Assembly (NCBI GenBank): GCA_050248855.1
Contig: JBFWRP010000014.1
Coordinates: 60,907-112,074 of the forward strand
Length of the DNA stretch: 51,168 bases
From: Planctomycetota bacterium
Lineage (GTDB): Bacteria; Planctomycetota; PLA2; JAEUHO01
Direction of reading: 5' to 3'
Made by a program: the position numbers and the translations under genes. This document shows positions 1 through 9,148 of this stretch, piece by piece; the stretch's first letter is position 1, and every line of letters starts with the position of its first letter. The notes below the pieces were generated by a model. The model made no database searches. It had not been told where the DNA came from and worked only from the letters and a program-made list of their open reading frames with translations.

Positions 1-42
1 GGGGTGTGTATACACACCCGACTCCGTACCTGGGGCCCGCCA

Positions 43-495
43 CTACTCCGGCTGGCTCCGATGCAGGTACTCGGCGAGGCTCTCCGCGAGGACCCGGTAG
101 AGACGTGCGGCCCACAAGGGGGCTTCCTCGAGCATCTCCAGCAGGCCTTGGCGCGTGAGCTCGAGCAGCCGGACGTCGCCGACGGCGCGGGCCGAGCCCG
201 AACGCGGCGCATCCCGCAGCAAGCCCAGCTCGCCGAAGGAGTGGTTGGGGGGGACGCGGCCGACGGCTCCGCCATCGCGCTCGATCACCACCTCACCGTC
301 CATCACCAGGAAGATGCTGAAGGACGGCGCACCGGCGTCGAACACGAGCTCGCCATCGGTGAACGTGCGTTCCTCGCCGAAGCGGCGAAAGGCCGCGAAC
401 GCCGCATCGTCCAGACGCCAGCGCAGGTGCGGGAAGCGGTCCTGGCCCTCGCGCCATTCGACCTGGATCGCGTCGTGGCCCCGATCCTCGCTCAC
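43..495 (-). CDS. Stand-alone cyclic nucleotide-binding domain protein
   Basis: C-terminal part of ORF 43..2355 has cNMP-binding motifs (GELVFDAG...FLVMDGEV...SFGELGLLRDAPRSGSARA). GTG at 495 overlaps the upstream stop (GTGA coupling). Confidence 0.85.
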   Translation of the reverse strand: MSEDRGHDAIQVEWREGQDRFPHLRWRLDDAAFAAFRRFGEERTFTDGELVFDAGAPSFSIFLVMDGEVVIERDGGAVGRVPPNHSFGELGLLRDAPRSGSARAVGDVRLLELTRQGLLEMLEEAPLWAARLYRVLAESLAEYLHRSQPE

Positions 496-1583
496 GCGCC
501 CGCACCCTCCGTCGCCGCGACCTCGTCCGGGCGGCGCCAGAGGAACCCGAGGCCCTCGACCGCCTTGCCCAGCAGCTTGGCCGGCAGCTTGAGGATGCCA
601 CCGCCGACGGTCTTGACGATGTCTCCCACGACCTCGCGGGCGTGGCGCGAGGCCTCGGCGAAGGCGCCCGCCACGGCGGCCGCGCGGCTCTTCTCGGTCC
701 ACGCCTGGAACGCCCGGCAGCGCGCTTGCGCCAGGTAGCCGATGCGCAGCGTGGCCACGGCGTTCAGCCCACCCTCCAGGAGCGGCCCCGCCATGGCGCC
801 CACGGTCTTGCCGAACGCTCCGCCGAGCGCTCCTCCCGCCACCTGCCCCAGGTCCTGCAGGTAGGCGGAGGCCAAGGTCGCCGCCGAGACGTCGCGCAGG
901 ATGGCGAACGTGCCCCGGACGCCGGGCCGGCCGTAGTAGATCCTCGCGATGCGGCTGGCGAGGTTGCAGCTGCGCCAGAGCACGATGAAGGCGTCCATCG
1001 TGCCGTTCCAGGACACGGCGGTGGCCACGCCGACGGCCAGGGCCTCCTGCCGGATCACCTCGCGCGCTTGACGGTCCAGGGGCTCGAGCAACGGCTTCAC
1101 GTGGTCGTGCTCGAGGGCCCGGACGTGTTTGCCGAACGCACGTACTTGGTCGGGCGGCAGGTTCTTGGCCGCGGCCGCGAGATCGCGGCAGGCCGCCACG
1201 GCCGCGTCGACGTCCTCCTGCGTGCCGCTCCAGAGCACGTTGTCCGGAAGCTGCGCCACGTAGCGCTCGACGAAGGCCAAGTGACGAGCGATGTCCTTGG
1301 CCGTGCGCTCCTCGTCGGGCGGCAGGCGCGGGGGCCGGATCGTGGCCGGCATGGCGAGGAAGCGCGCCACGGGTCGCCCGATCAGGAACCACAGCGCCAC
1401 GACCAGGAGCACGACGAAGGCGATCGCCAGGGGGCGGCTGCGGTCGTCGATCCACGCCGTGATCTCCACGACGCGCCAGACGAAGAAGAAGACCATGCCC
1501 CCGATCAGCAAGTACGACGCGGCCCGCGCGAAGCGGAACAGGGCGCCCAGGACGCGGGCGAAGTCCTGGATCGGGGCAGCCAT
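492..1583 (-). CDS. YcjF/DUF697-family membrane protein
   Basis: Two N-terminal TM segments, then LDRQAREVI...ATAVS...D...IARIYYGRPG...EGGLNAVATLRIG, typical of YcjF. TACCCT lies 7 nt before the ATG. Confidence 0.75.
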   Translation of the reverse strand: MAAPIQDFARVLGALFRFARAASYLLIGGMVFFFVWRVVEITAWIDDRSRPLAIAFVVLLVVALWFLIGRPVARFLAMPATIRPPRLPPDEERTAKDIARHLAFVERYVAQLPDNVLWSGTQEDVDAAVAACRDLAAAAKNLPPDQVRAFGKHVRALEHDHVKPLLEPLDRQAREVIRQEALAVGVATAVSWNGTMDAFIVLWRSCNLASRIARIYYGRPGVRGTFAILRDVSAATLASAYLQDLGQVAGGALGGAFGKTVGAMAGPLLEGGLNAVATLRIGYLAQARCRAFQAWTEKSRAAAVAGAFAEASRHAREVVGDIVKTVGGGILKLPAKLLGKAVEGLGFLWRRPDEVAATEGAGA

Positions 1584-1628
1584 CGGAACGAGGGTACCTG
1601 GGGCCCGCGCGAACGCGTGCCCGAGGCC

Positions 1629-2822
<1,194 letters not shown>

Positions 2823-2888
2823 GTGGGCAGGATGGGTCCGCCCTGGGCGCCTCTCAACTTCCGTCGCCAGCGGTGCCAGCATGGGCCC

Positions 2889-3560
2889 ATGAGCGCCCCC
2901 GATCTTGCCCCCCGGATCCAAGCCTGCCTGGCTCGCCTCGACGACGAGGAGCGCGCTGGCGTGGCCGACGTCGTCGTGGTGGACGACCCCGCGCCCTGCC
3001 GTTTCGACGGGGAAGACGGCCTCGCCATGGAAGTGTTCGCCGAGGGCGCGGAGCCCGTTCTCGTCGTGCGCGGTGACGCGCTCGGCGAGGCGCCGAGCGA
3101 CGAAGAGATCGAAGAGGCCGTGGTGATCGCACTCGATCGCTGGCACGAGGACCTCGCCGCATCCGAGGCCGTACCCGACGAGAAGGCGCTGTTCGAGACG
3201 CACGCCGCGTTCCGTCGCGGCGAGCCCACGCCCTCGGGCTGGTACCGACGCGGCGAGCCGATCGCGCCCGGCGTGTGGATCGTGGATCTCGACTTGTTCG
3301 TCGAGCTGCTCGTCGCCCCTGCGACGTTCGAAGCGATGGCCGGCCAAGAGCTGACGCTCTACCTCGACGAGGAGGCCGTGACGTTCGACGCACCGGCGCA
3401 GCCCGACCCGGAAGAGGTGTGGACGCTCTCCGAGGTCGGCCTCTTCGAGCCCGACCCCGGTCAGGACGAACCCGAGACCGAGGAAGAGGAAGCTGCGCTC
3501 ACCGGCCGCACCGGTGACTTGCACATCGTGCCGGTGTTGCTGCGGGCTGCGGAGGCGTAG
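2889..3560 (+). CDS. Acidic hypothetical protein (possibly degenerate zincin-like)
   Basis: C-terminal 223 aa of ORF 642..3560 has normal GC3-rich codon usage and is divergent from the PD40 gene. Confidence 0.7.
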   Translation: MSAPDLAPRIQACLARLDDEERAGVADVVVVDDPAPCRFDGEDGLAMEVFAEGAEPVLVVRGDALGEAPSDEEIEEAVVIALDRWHEDLAASEAVPDEKALFETHAAFRRGEPTPSGWYRRGEPIAPGVWIVDLDLFVELLVAPATFEAMAGQELTLYLDEEAVTFDAPAQPDPEEVWTLSEVGLFEPDPGQDEPETEEEEAALTGRTGDLHIVPVLLRAAEA

Positions 3561-3566
3561 GAACTG

Positions 3567-4559
3567 TCAGCGCCAGGCCAAGCGAATCGTCCGGTTGTCG
3601 TCAAGCTCACTCACAACCGCGGCACCCCTGAACTCGCTGCCCACGTACGTCGTTCCGGTGACGCCCTGCGTCAGGGCCGACCAGGGCGACAGGTACTTCA
3701 CAGGCGGAAGCTCGTGCGCCTCGCCGGGAACAAGTCGATCACCGTCCTGTACGAGGCGCCTGAGATGTCCACTCTCGATCGCCACGAATCCCTGGGAGGT
3801 CCAAGCGAGGGTCTGCAGCGGTGAGCTGGTCGTCGAAGGCACGTCCAGCGGCCGTTTGACCGTCGCGCCGGTCCGGTCGAGGCGATGAACCCTCCAAGGC
3901 GTGTCGGGCTTGGCCGACGCTTCGAGAACGGCGATGTCGACGCCCTCACGAGGCTCCGGCAGGACCGCCAGCGCTCGCACCCCCGGACCGCGATCGCGTG
4001 GGTCCGCCTCGTCGAGCCCACTGTGGTCGCCGCCGGGAAGGACGCTGCCGCGATCGAACGTGATGGCGCTGATGCGACCCCCTGGGCCTGCCAACAGACG
4101 ACCGGACCACAGGATGCGCTGACGACGATCGAGCAGGGCAAAACGGCCATCCGGCCACACACCGAGCCCAACGACCTCCGTGGGGAGGTCCTTCATGGCG
4201 CCGATGGACACGGCGCGGGCGGCGAGCGGTCCGCGGCCCCCTACCCACGCGGAATCGTTGAAGGTCGGCTCGATCCGCCGGGCTACGAAGCCGGAGCCAT
4301 CTGCAAGCTCGTTTCGCGCCAGGACGAACCAGTGATCGAGACGGTCCTGCCCGACCAAGACGAGCTCGTCGCCGACTTCGGCAAGTCCGCCCACCCGATC
4401 CGCATGGTTGCGCTCGCCAGGCCTGCCCGGGATGGGCGCCCGGATCCTGGCGACCGACCAGGTCCGCGGCGGCTCCGTCGGTGACGGTGCCTTCGAGTTC
4501 CCACACCCCGCAAGAAGCGCGACGAGCGAGACGGCAGCCAAGAGTCGTGTGCGCACCAT
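3567..4559 (-). CDS. Hypothetical lipoprotein
   Basis: Lipobox LLAGC after MVRTRLLAAVSLVA. TACGGT lies 6 nt before the ATG. Beta-rich mature region. Confidence 0.7.
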   Translation of the reverse strand: MVRTRLLAAVSLVALLAGCGNSKAPSPTEPPRTWSVARIRAPIPGRPGERNHADRVGGLAEVGDELVLVGQDRLDHWFVLARNELADGSGFVARRIEPTFNDSAWVGGRGPLAARAVSIGAMKDLPTEVVGLGVWPDGRFALLDRRQRILWSGRLLAGPGGRISAITFDRGSVLPGGDHSGLDEADPRDRGPGVRALAVLPEPREGVDIAVLEASAKPDTPWRVHRLDRTGATVKRPLDVPSTTSSPLQTLAWTSQGFVAIESGHLRRLVQDGDRLVPGEAHELPPVKYLSPWSALTQGVTGTTYVGSEFRGAAVVSELDDNRTIRLAWR

Positions 4560-4587
4560 GCAACGACCGTATCCGCCGACCATGCCG

Positions 4588-5070
4588 TCAGGACACCTCG
4601 ACCACCGTCAGCTTCTCGCGCAGTGGCGCCGCACGCTCGGCCAGCGTCCGTCCGCCGGGTCGCAGGCGGCGCTCGGGCTCCACGTCGGCCCACGGAACGA
4701 CGACGTGGGCGACGTCTGTCTCGGAGGGGTCCAGGTGCTCGTCGCCCTCGGGGCCCGTGAGCGCGACCACGTCCAGGTCCAGCGTGCGGGGCGCGAAGAG
4801 GTCTGCGCTGCGCTCGCGACCCGCGAGGGCCTCGAGATGCCGCAGGGCGGCGCGAAGCGCGGGCAGCGGCAGGTCGGTCCCGAAGACGACGACGGCGTTC
4901 AGGAACCACGGCTGGCCCGGCGGACCCACGGCAGACGCCCGGTAGACGGGCGAGACGAGCACGTCGCGGAAGCGCGTGCGCAATCGGCCGATCGCCCACG
5001 GCACCCAACGCCTGGGCTCGATGTTGGAGCCGAGAACGACGACGGCGCGGCGAGACGACCGGGGCGTCAT
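4588..5070 (-). CDS. folK: 2-amino-4-hydroxy-6-hydroxymethyldihydropteridine diphosphokinase
   Basis: LGSN, SPVY, FLNAVV, LEALAGRER and PRTLDLD motifs. ATGA overlap with folB. Confidence 0.9.
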   Translation of the reverse strand: MTPRSSRRAVVVLGSNIEPRRWVPWAIGRLRTRFRDVLVSPVYRASAVGPPGQPWFLNAVVVFGTDLPLPALRAALRHLEALAGRERSADLFAPRTLDLDVVALTGPEGDEHLDPSETDVAHVVVPWADVEPERRLRPGGRTLAERAAPLREKLTVVEVS

Positions 5071-5444
5071 GCGGGCGGCGAGCTCCCATCGCGGCTGCCG
5101 CGCTCGATGACGACGCCGACCTCCTCGCTGAAGCGCACCGCACCGGGCTTGCCCACGTGGAGCCGCACCCACGGCACGCCGAACTCGCCGCGGATCAGCT
5201 CGGCCAGTCGCTCGGCCAAGGTCTCGACGAGGTAGTAGGAGCTCTTCTCGACGTGGGCGATCACGGCCTTGGCCACGGCCCGGTAGTCGAGCGCATCCTC
5301 GATGGACTCCGTGGCCGCGGCCTTCGCGGTATCCGCGGCCATCTCGATGTCGATGCGGATGGTCTGCCGCTCCTGCCGCTCCCAGGCGTGGATGCCGATG
5401 ATCGAGCGGATCTCGAGCCCGCGGATGTAGACGGTGTCGCGCAT
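5067..5444 (-). CDS. folB: Dihydroneopterin aldolase
   Basis: DTVYIRGL, IGIHAWER...Q, ALDY, LVETLAE and KPGAV motifs. AGGAG RBS upstream. Confidence 0.95.
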   Translation of the reverse strand: MRDTVYIRGLEIRSIIGIHAWERQERQTIRIDIEMAADTAKAAATESIEDALDYRAVAKAVIAHVEKSSYYLVETLAERLAELIRGEFGVPWVRLHVGKPGAVRFSEEVGVVIERGSRDGSSPPA

Positions 5445-5565
5445 GGCCACGCTCCTGTTCCGGCCCACGAGGCCCTGCCCGTAGGGTGCCCCGGGGCGAA
5501 CGCCGAGCCCACCCTTGTGGTGGTGCCGACCGGCCGCGGACCACGCCGGGCGGTCCAGGCCTCGA

Positions 5566-5910
5566 TCAGGACGTGGCGGTGGCACCGCCCGCCACGAAGT
5601 GACGGGCATCTTCGAGCGTGCCGAAGTGCGGGAGGAGCGAGCCCAGGCCCGTCACCTTGATCAGCTTCGTGACGCGGCGCGACCCGCAGGCCAACGCCAA
5701 CCGCCGCTGCCCCCGGTCCAACGACATCCCGATCTTGACCAGGTAGCCAAGGCCCGTGCTGCTCATGAACTTGAGGCCCGAGAGGTCCACGATCAGGCCA
5801 GGCCCCTGCGCCCCGTCCACCAGCGGGTCGACGATCTGCGCGAAAGCGGGCAGGGAGTCGTCGTGCAGGTCCCCAGGAGGCACGACGACCGGGATCTCTC
5901 CGTCGCTCAT
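5566..5910 (-). CDS. STAS-domain anti-sigma factor antagonist
   Basis: GDL...LIVDLSGLKFMSSTGLGYLV...LIKVTGL, with the phosphorylatable Ser present. Confidence 0.9.
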   Translation of the reverse strand: MSDGEIPVVVPPGDLHDDSLPAFAQIVDPLVDGAQGPGLIVDLSGLKFMSSTGLGYLVKIGMSLDRGQRRLALACGSRRVTKLIKVTGLGSLLPHFGTLEDARHFVAGGATATS

Positions 5911-5965
5911 GTCCGCATCATCCGCTGGCCGGCGGCCTTGCGGAAGCCGGGGACGGCGCAGAGCC

Positions 5966-6469
5966 TCATGAACCGGGCTCGACCCCCGTCGCCTTGAGGA
6001 GGGGAATGGGGATGGGGACACGGTCGCCGGCGAGCCGCAGGCCCGCCCCGTCCAGCGTCGCCTCGGCTTCGAGAGGCGTGGGGAGGGGACGTCCCGACTC
6101 CTCCTCCGTCCGGAGCAGCAGGCGCTCGTCCTCCAGCGTCCACGACCCGCGGCCGTGCCCCTGCTCGTCGCCGTAGCGGTACACGACGGCGAACCGGCCG
6201 TCGGCGCCGAGGTCCAACCGCAGGCGGATGGCCGCGGCTTCCGCCTCGGCCTGCCGCTGCCACGTCGCCTCCAGCGCACGGCGGCCCGGTCCCGCCAGGC
6301 CCTCCGCTTCAGCCGAGGCGCCGCGCCGGAGCCGCTCCAGGGCTTCGCGCCGGAAGGTCTCGCGGTCCAGCACGTAGACGCCCGGGACGCCCTCGGCAGG
6401 GTCCCCGCACGCCGCCAGCGGGAAGCTCGTGGCCAAGGCGGCCACGAACGGCAGCCAGGCACGCCTCAC
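5966..6469 (-). CDS. Hypothetical lipoprotein (small beta-barrel-like)
   Basis: Lipobox PLAACG. GVYVLD...LDLGADGRF...GSWTLEDERLLL pattern. GTGA overlap with the upstream gene. Confidence 0.65.
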   Translation of the reverse strand: MRRAWLPFVAALATSFPLAACGDPAEGVPGVYVLDRETFRREALERLRRGASAEAEGLAGPGRRALEATWQRQAEAEAAAIRLRLDLGADGRFAVVYRYGDEQGHGRGSWTLEDERLLLRTEEESGRPLPTPLEAEATLDGAGLRLAGDRVPIPIPLLKATGVEPGS

Positions 6470-6990
6470 AAGCCGACCGCCACGACGCGCCAGCCGTCGG
6501 CCGTACGCCGCAGGACGAGCGGCCGACGTACGGCGTGGGCGTCGGCGTACGTGAAGGCCGCGCGGCCCGTGCCCGGAGGCGCCTGCGTGTCGGGCCACGG
6601 CCCGCCGCCGGGCGGCCGCACACGCGCCAGGAACCGCAGCAGCTCCGCGTCCGACGCCCGGCTGGCGCGCACCCGAAGGGCCTCGCCGTCCGCGGCAAAC
6701 ACCGCCCGCACCTCGTCGGCCACCCCCGGCACGGCGTGCGCCGGCTCGGCAAGCCCGGGCCGCAGCGCCGCGAGGTCGGCGGCCAGGGCCCGTCGCCCCT
6801 CGGCATCCATCTCCGCCTCCAGCGCGGCGAGGTCACCTCGCGCGAGCGCCTCGTAGGCCCGCTTGGCCACGGCGCCAGGGTCCGAGCGCGTTGCGGAGCC
6901 CGCCCCACCACCGCCCTCGCGGCCACACCCGACCGCCGAGACGGCCACGACGAGCGCGAGAGCAGGAGGCAGGATGCGGCGAGCGAGCAC
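6466..6990 (-). CDS. Hypothetical lipoprotein
   Basis: Hydrophobic signal ending AVGCG. DPGAVA...LRRTADGWRV ends resemble NTF2-like lipoproteins. TACCAT lies 6 nt before the GTG. Confidence 0.6.
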   Translation of the reverse strand: MLARRILPPALALVVAVSAVGCGREGGGGAGSATRSDPGAVAKRAYEALARGDLAALEAEMDAEGRRALAADLAALRPGLAEPAHAVPGVADEVRAVFAADGEALRVRASRASDAELLRFLARVRPPGGGPWPDTQAPPGTGRAAFTYADAHAVRRPLVLRRTADGWRVVAVGL

Positions 6991-7045
6991 GGCGCGATGG
7001 TAGCCGTGCCCGCGACGTCCCGGGTGAGGCCTAGTCTGGGAGGCC

Positions 7046-7657
7046 GTGATCAGCCCCGTGGCCCTGGACCGAGAACGACGCGAGGCCTTCGCTTCCGTGT
7101 CCCGCGTGCTCGGCGTCCCTGAATTGCCCCAGGTTCCCGTCCGCTGGAACCGACGGCTGCGCCGCGCCGGCCGCGCGCTCATCGACACGCGGGCCGGACG
7201 CTTCGAAGGCGCCTGCGTCGAGCTCTCGCCCGCGTACTTCGAGGTCTATCCCCAGGACTTGCGCGGGATCCTCGTGCACGAGGCGGTCCATGTCGGGTTG
7301 GCCGTGCTCGGCAAGTCCTGCGGCCACGGGCCGGAGTTCCGCTCCGCGTGCCTGGCCGCAGGTGGGCGCCTGCACAGCCGTTGGCTCCCGGGGCGCGTGT
7401 ACCGGTACCGCTGCCCGGTCTGCGGCGAAGAGCACGTGAGGCGCCGCCGGGCCGCGGGTGCCCGCTGGTGCGCGCCCTGCACCGAGGCCGCTCCCGACCA
7501 GGGTCGCGATCCCTTCGCCGCCGACCGCGCCCTCAAGCTCGTCGGCACGGCCTGGGTCGGACCGGAGGAGGCCGCCAACCGGGACGACGACGTATGCGAG
7601 GCCGAGGGCGACGAGGCCTCGCTGGACCTGGACGCCGCCCCCACACCGCGGGCTTGA
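7046..7657 (+). CDS. SprT-like zinc metalloprotease with zinc ribbon
   Basis: WNRRLRRAGR, HEAVH (HExxH), GHGPEF, YRCPVCG...CAPC. Confidence 0.9.
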   Translation: MISPVALDRERREAFASVSRVLGVPELPQVPVRWNRRLRRAGRALIDTRAGRFEGACVELSPAYFEVYPQDLRGILVHEAVHVGLAVLGKSCGHGPEFRSACLAAGGRLHSRWLPGRVYRYRCPVCGEEHVRRRRAAGARWCAPCTEAAPDQGRDPFAADRALKLVGTAWVGPEEAANRDDDVCEAEGDEASLDLDAAPTPRA

Positions 7658-7775
7658 ACGCGCCCAAGGGCTCCTCGGCGGCCGAGCCTGGGCTCCCCGG
7701 CCCGCCTCCGAGTCCATCAGCGCTTGACGCGGAAGCTGGTCCCGGAGGTTGCCGCGTCTGCGCCACGCGCCGAGG

Positions 7776-8972
7776 ATGAACCCCATGCCCAGCCGCCTCC
7801 TCGTCGCGATCACCCTGGCCCTCGGTGCGTGGCTCGTCTGGCCGTGCGCCGCACGAGCCGAGACGGTGCCCGACGTGGTCGGAACGCAGATCACCGAGGC
7901 GGAGCGGCTCCTGCGCCTCGGCCAGTTCCGCATCACGGTGCAGTACGACCCGGACGTCCCCCTGGGCACGGTTGCCGCGCAGGACCCGCCGGGGTTCGCC
8001 GACCGGCCGCGGGGCACCATGGTGCGCATCGTGGTCGGCGGCACGAAGCCGCTCGAGACGGAGCGGCCGCCGGCCTCCCCCCCCGTCGCCCCGCCGACAG
8101 GGCAACCATCGGTGCCCGCTCCTTCGACCACGCCCGGCGTCGCGCCCGCCCTGGCCGGGAACACGCTGGAGGAAGCGCGGCGTCTCGCGGGGGACCTGCC
8201 GCTTCGCTACGAGCGCACGCTGGGCGTGCCCGAGCTCGAGAACCGCGTCGTGTTCCAGTGGCCCATCGCCGGCGAGCCCCTTCCCGCGGGCCGACCCATC
8301 ACGCTCGTGATCGGTGTGCCGGAAATGCCGTCGGAACGCCACGCCGTCGTGCCGGACGTGACCGGCTTGGGTCGCGATGCGGCCGAGAGCGTCTTGCGCG
8401 AGGCCGGCTTCGGCGCGCGCGCCGCCACGACCTCGCGCGGGCGCGTGGTGATCCACCATCCCCTGCCGGAGAGCCTCGCGATCTTGGGCAGTGTCATCGA
8501 GCTCGAGATCGACGCGGGGGAAGGGGCCCCGGATGGCCCGGTCTCCCCGGACGTCGAGCCGCCGCCCACGGCGCCGAGCCCGCCCGCGTTCCCCGACCCG
8601 CTGCCCGCGCCGCCCGGTGGGACGCGACCGCCGCCGGACTCGGTGCCGGCGGAACCCGGTCGCACGGCGCCCATGCCGCGCGCGCCAGCTCGACCGCCGC
8701 TTCCTCGTTCCCCGGCGGACGCCGATGCCTATCCGGGGTCGATGCCCGTGCTGTTCGACTGGGAGCAGGTGCCGGGCGCCGAAGCCTACGACTGGCAGCT
8801 GCTGCGCGAGCTCGATGGAGGCGTCGTCCGCCAAGTCGAGCGCACGCGCGTCGACGGCTCGCCGTTCCAGCGCGTGGGCCTGGCGCGCGGCCGCTACCTC
8901 TGGCGCGTGCGCGCCCTCAACCGCGCCGGGCCGGGGCCGTGGGGACCCCCGCGCCAGCTGTACGTCTACTAG
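7776..8972 (+). CDS. Secreted PASTA-domain protein with Pro-rich linkers and C-terminal Fn3-like domain
   Basis: Signal peptide and three PASTA-like units (VPDVVG, APALAGNT, VPDVTGL). C-terminal FDWEQVPGAEAY...YLWRVRALN...GPW is Fn3-like. Confidence 0.8.
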   Translation: MNPMPSRLLVAITLALGAWLVWPCAARAETVPDVVGTQITEAERLLRLGQFRITVQYDPDVPLGTVAAQDPPGFADRPRGTMVRIVVGGTKPLETERPPASPPVAPPTGQPSVPAPSTTPGVAPALAGNTLEEARRLAGDLPLRYERTLGVPELENRVVFQWPIAGEPLPAGRPITLVIGVPEMPSERHAVVPDVTGLGRDAAESVLREAGFGARAATTSRGRVVIHHPLPESLAILGSVIELEIDAGEGAPDGPVSPDVEPPPTAPSPPAFPDPLPAPPGGTRPPPDSVPAEPGRTAPMPRAPARPPLPRSPADADAYPGSMPVLFDWEQVPGAEAYDWQLLRELDGGVVRQVERTRVDGSPFQRVGLARGRYLWRVRALNRAGPGPWGPPRQLYVY

Positions 8973-9048
8973 GGTCGGATGGCGCGCCGTCGCGAGGGCG
9001 CCGGGGCCGAAGCGAGCCACGGGCACGACGGGAATCCGGGCCCGAGGC

Positions 9049-9140
9049 GGTCCCCTGACCGTGGAGGAACCGGATCCAAGTCAGGCCGTAGCGCAGCGAG
9101 AGACCCGGTGGCCGCAGCAGGAGGGGTTCGCGGACGGACC
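9049..9140 (+). ncRNA. Candidate structured RNA (SRP-like long hairpin, divergent)
   Basis: Intergenic long imperfect hairpin (accggatc 9069-9076 / gacccggt 9102-9109, plus outer pairings). Apex gtCAGG...cGCAgc resembles SRP helix 8 but lacks the canonical UCC-GNRA-GGA tip. Confidence 0.25.
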
Positions 9141-9148
9141 CTGGCGAG

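Noticed and set aside
3567..4559. Slightly atypical codon usage of this lipoprotein as evidence of horizontal transfer
   Set aside because: The impression is by eye only and unquantified, and there are no flanking mobility signals.
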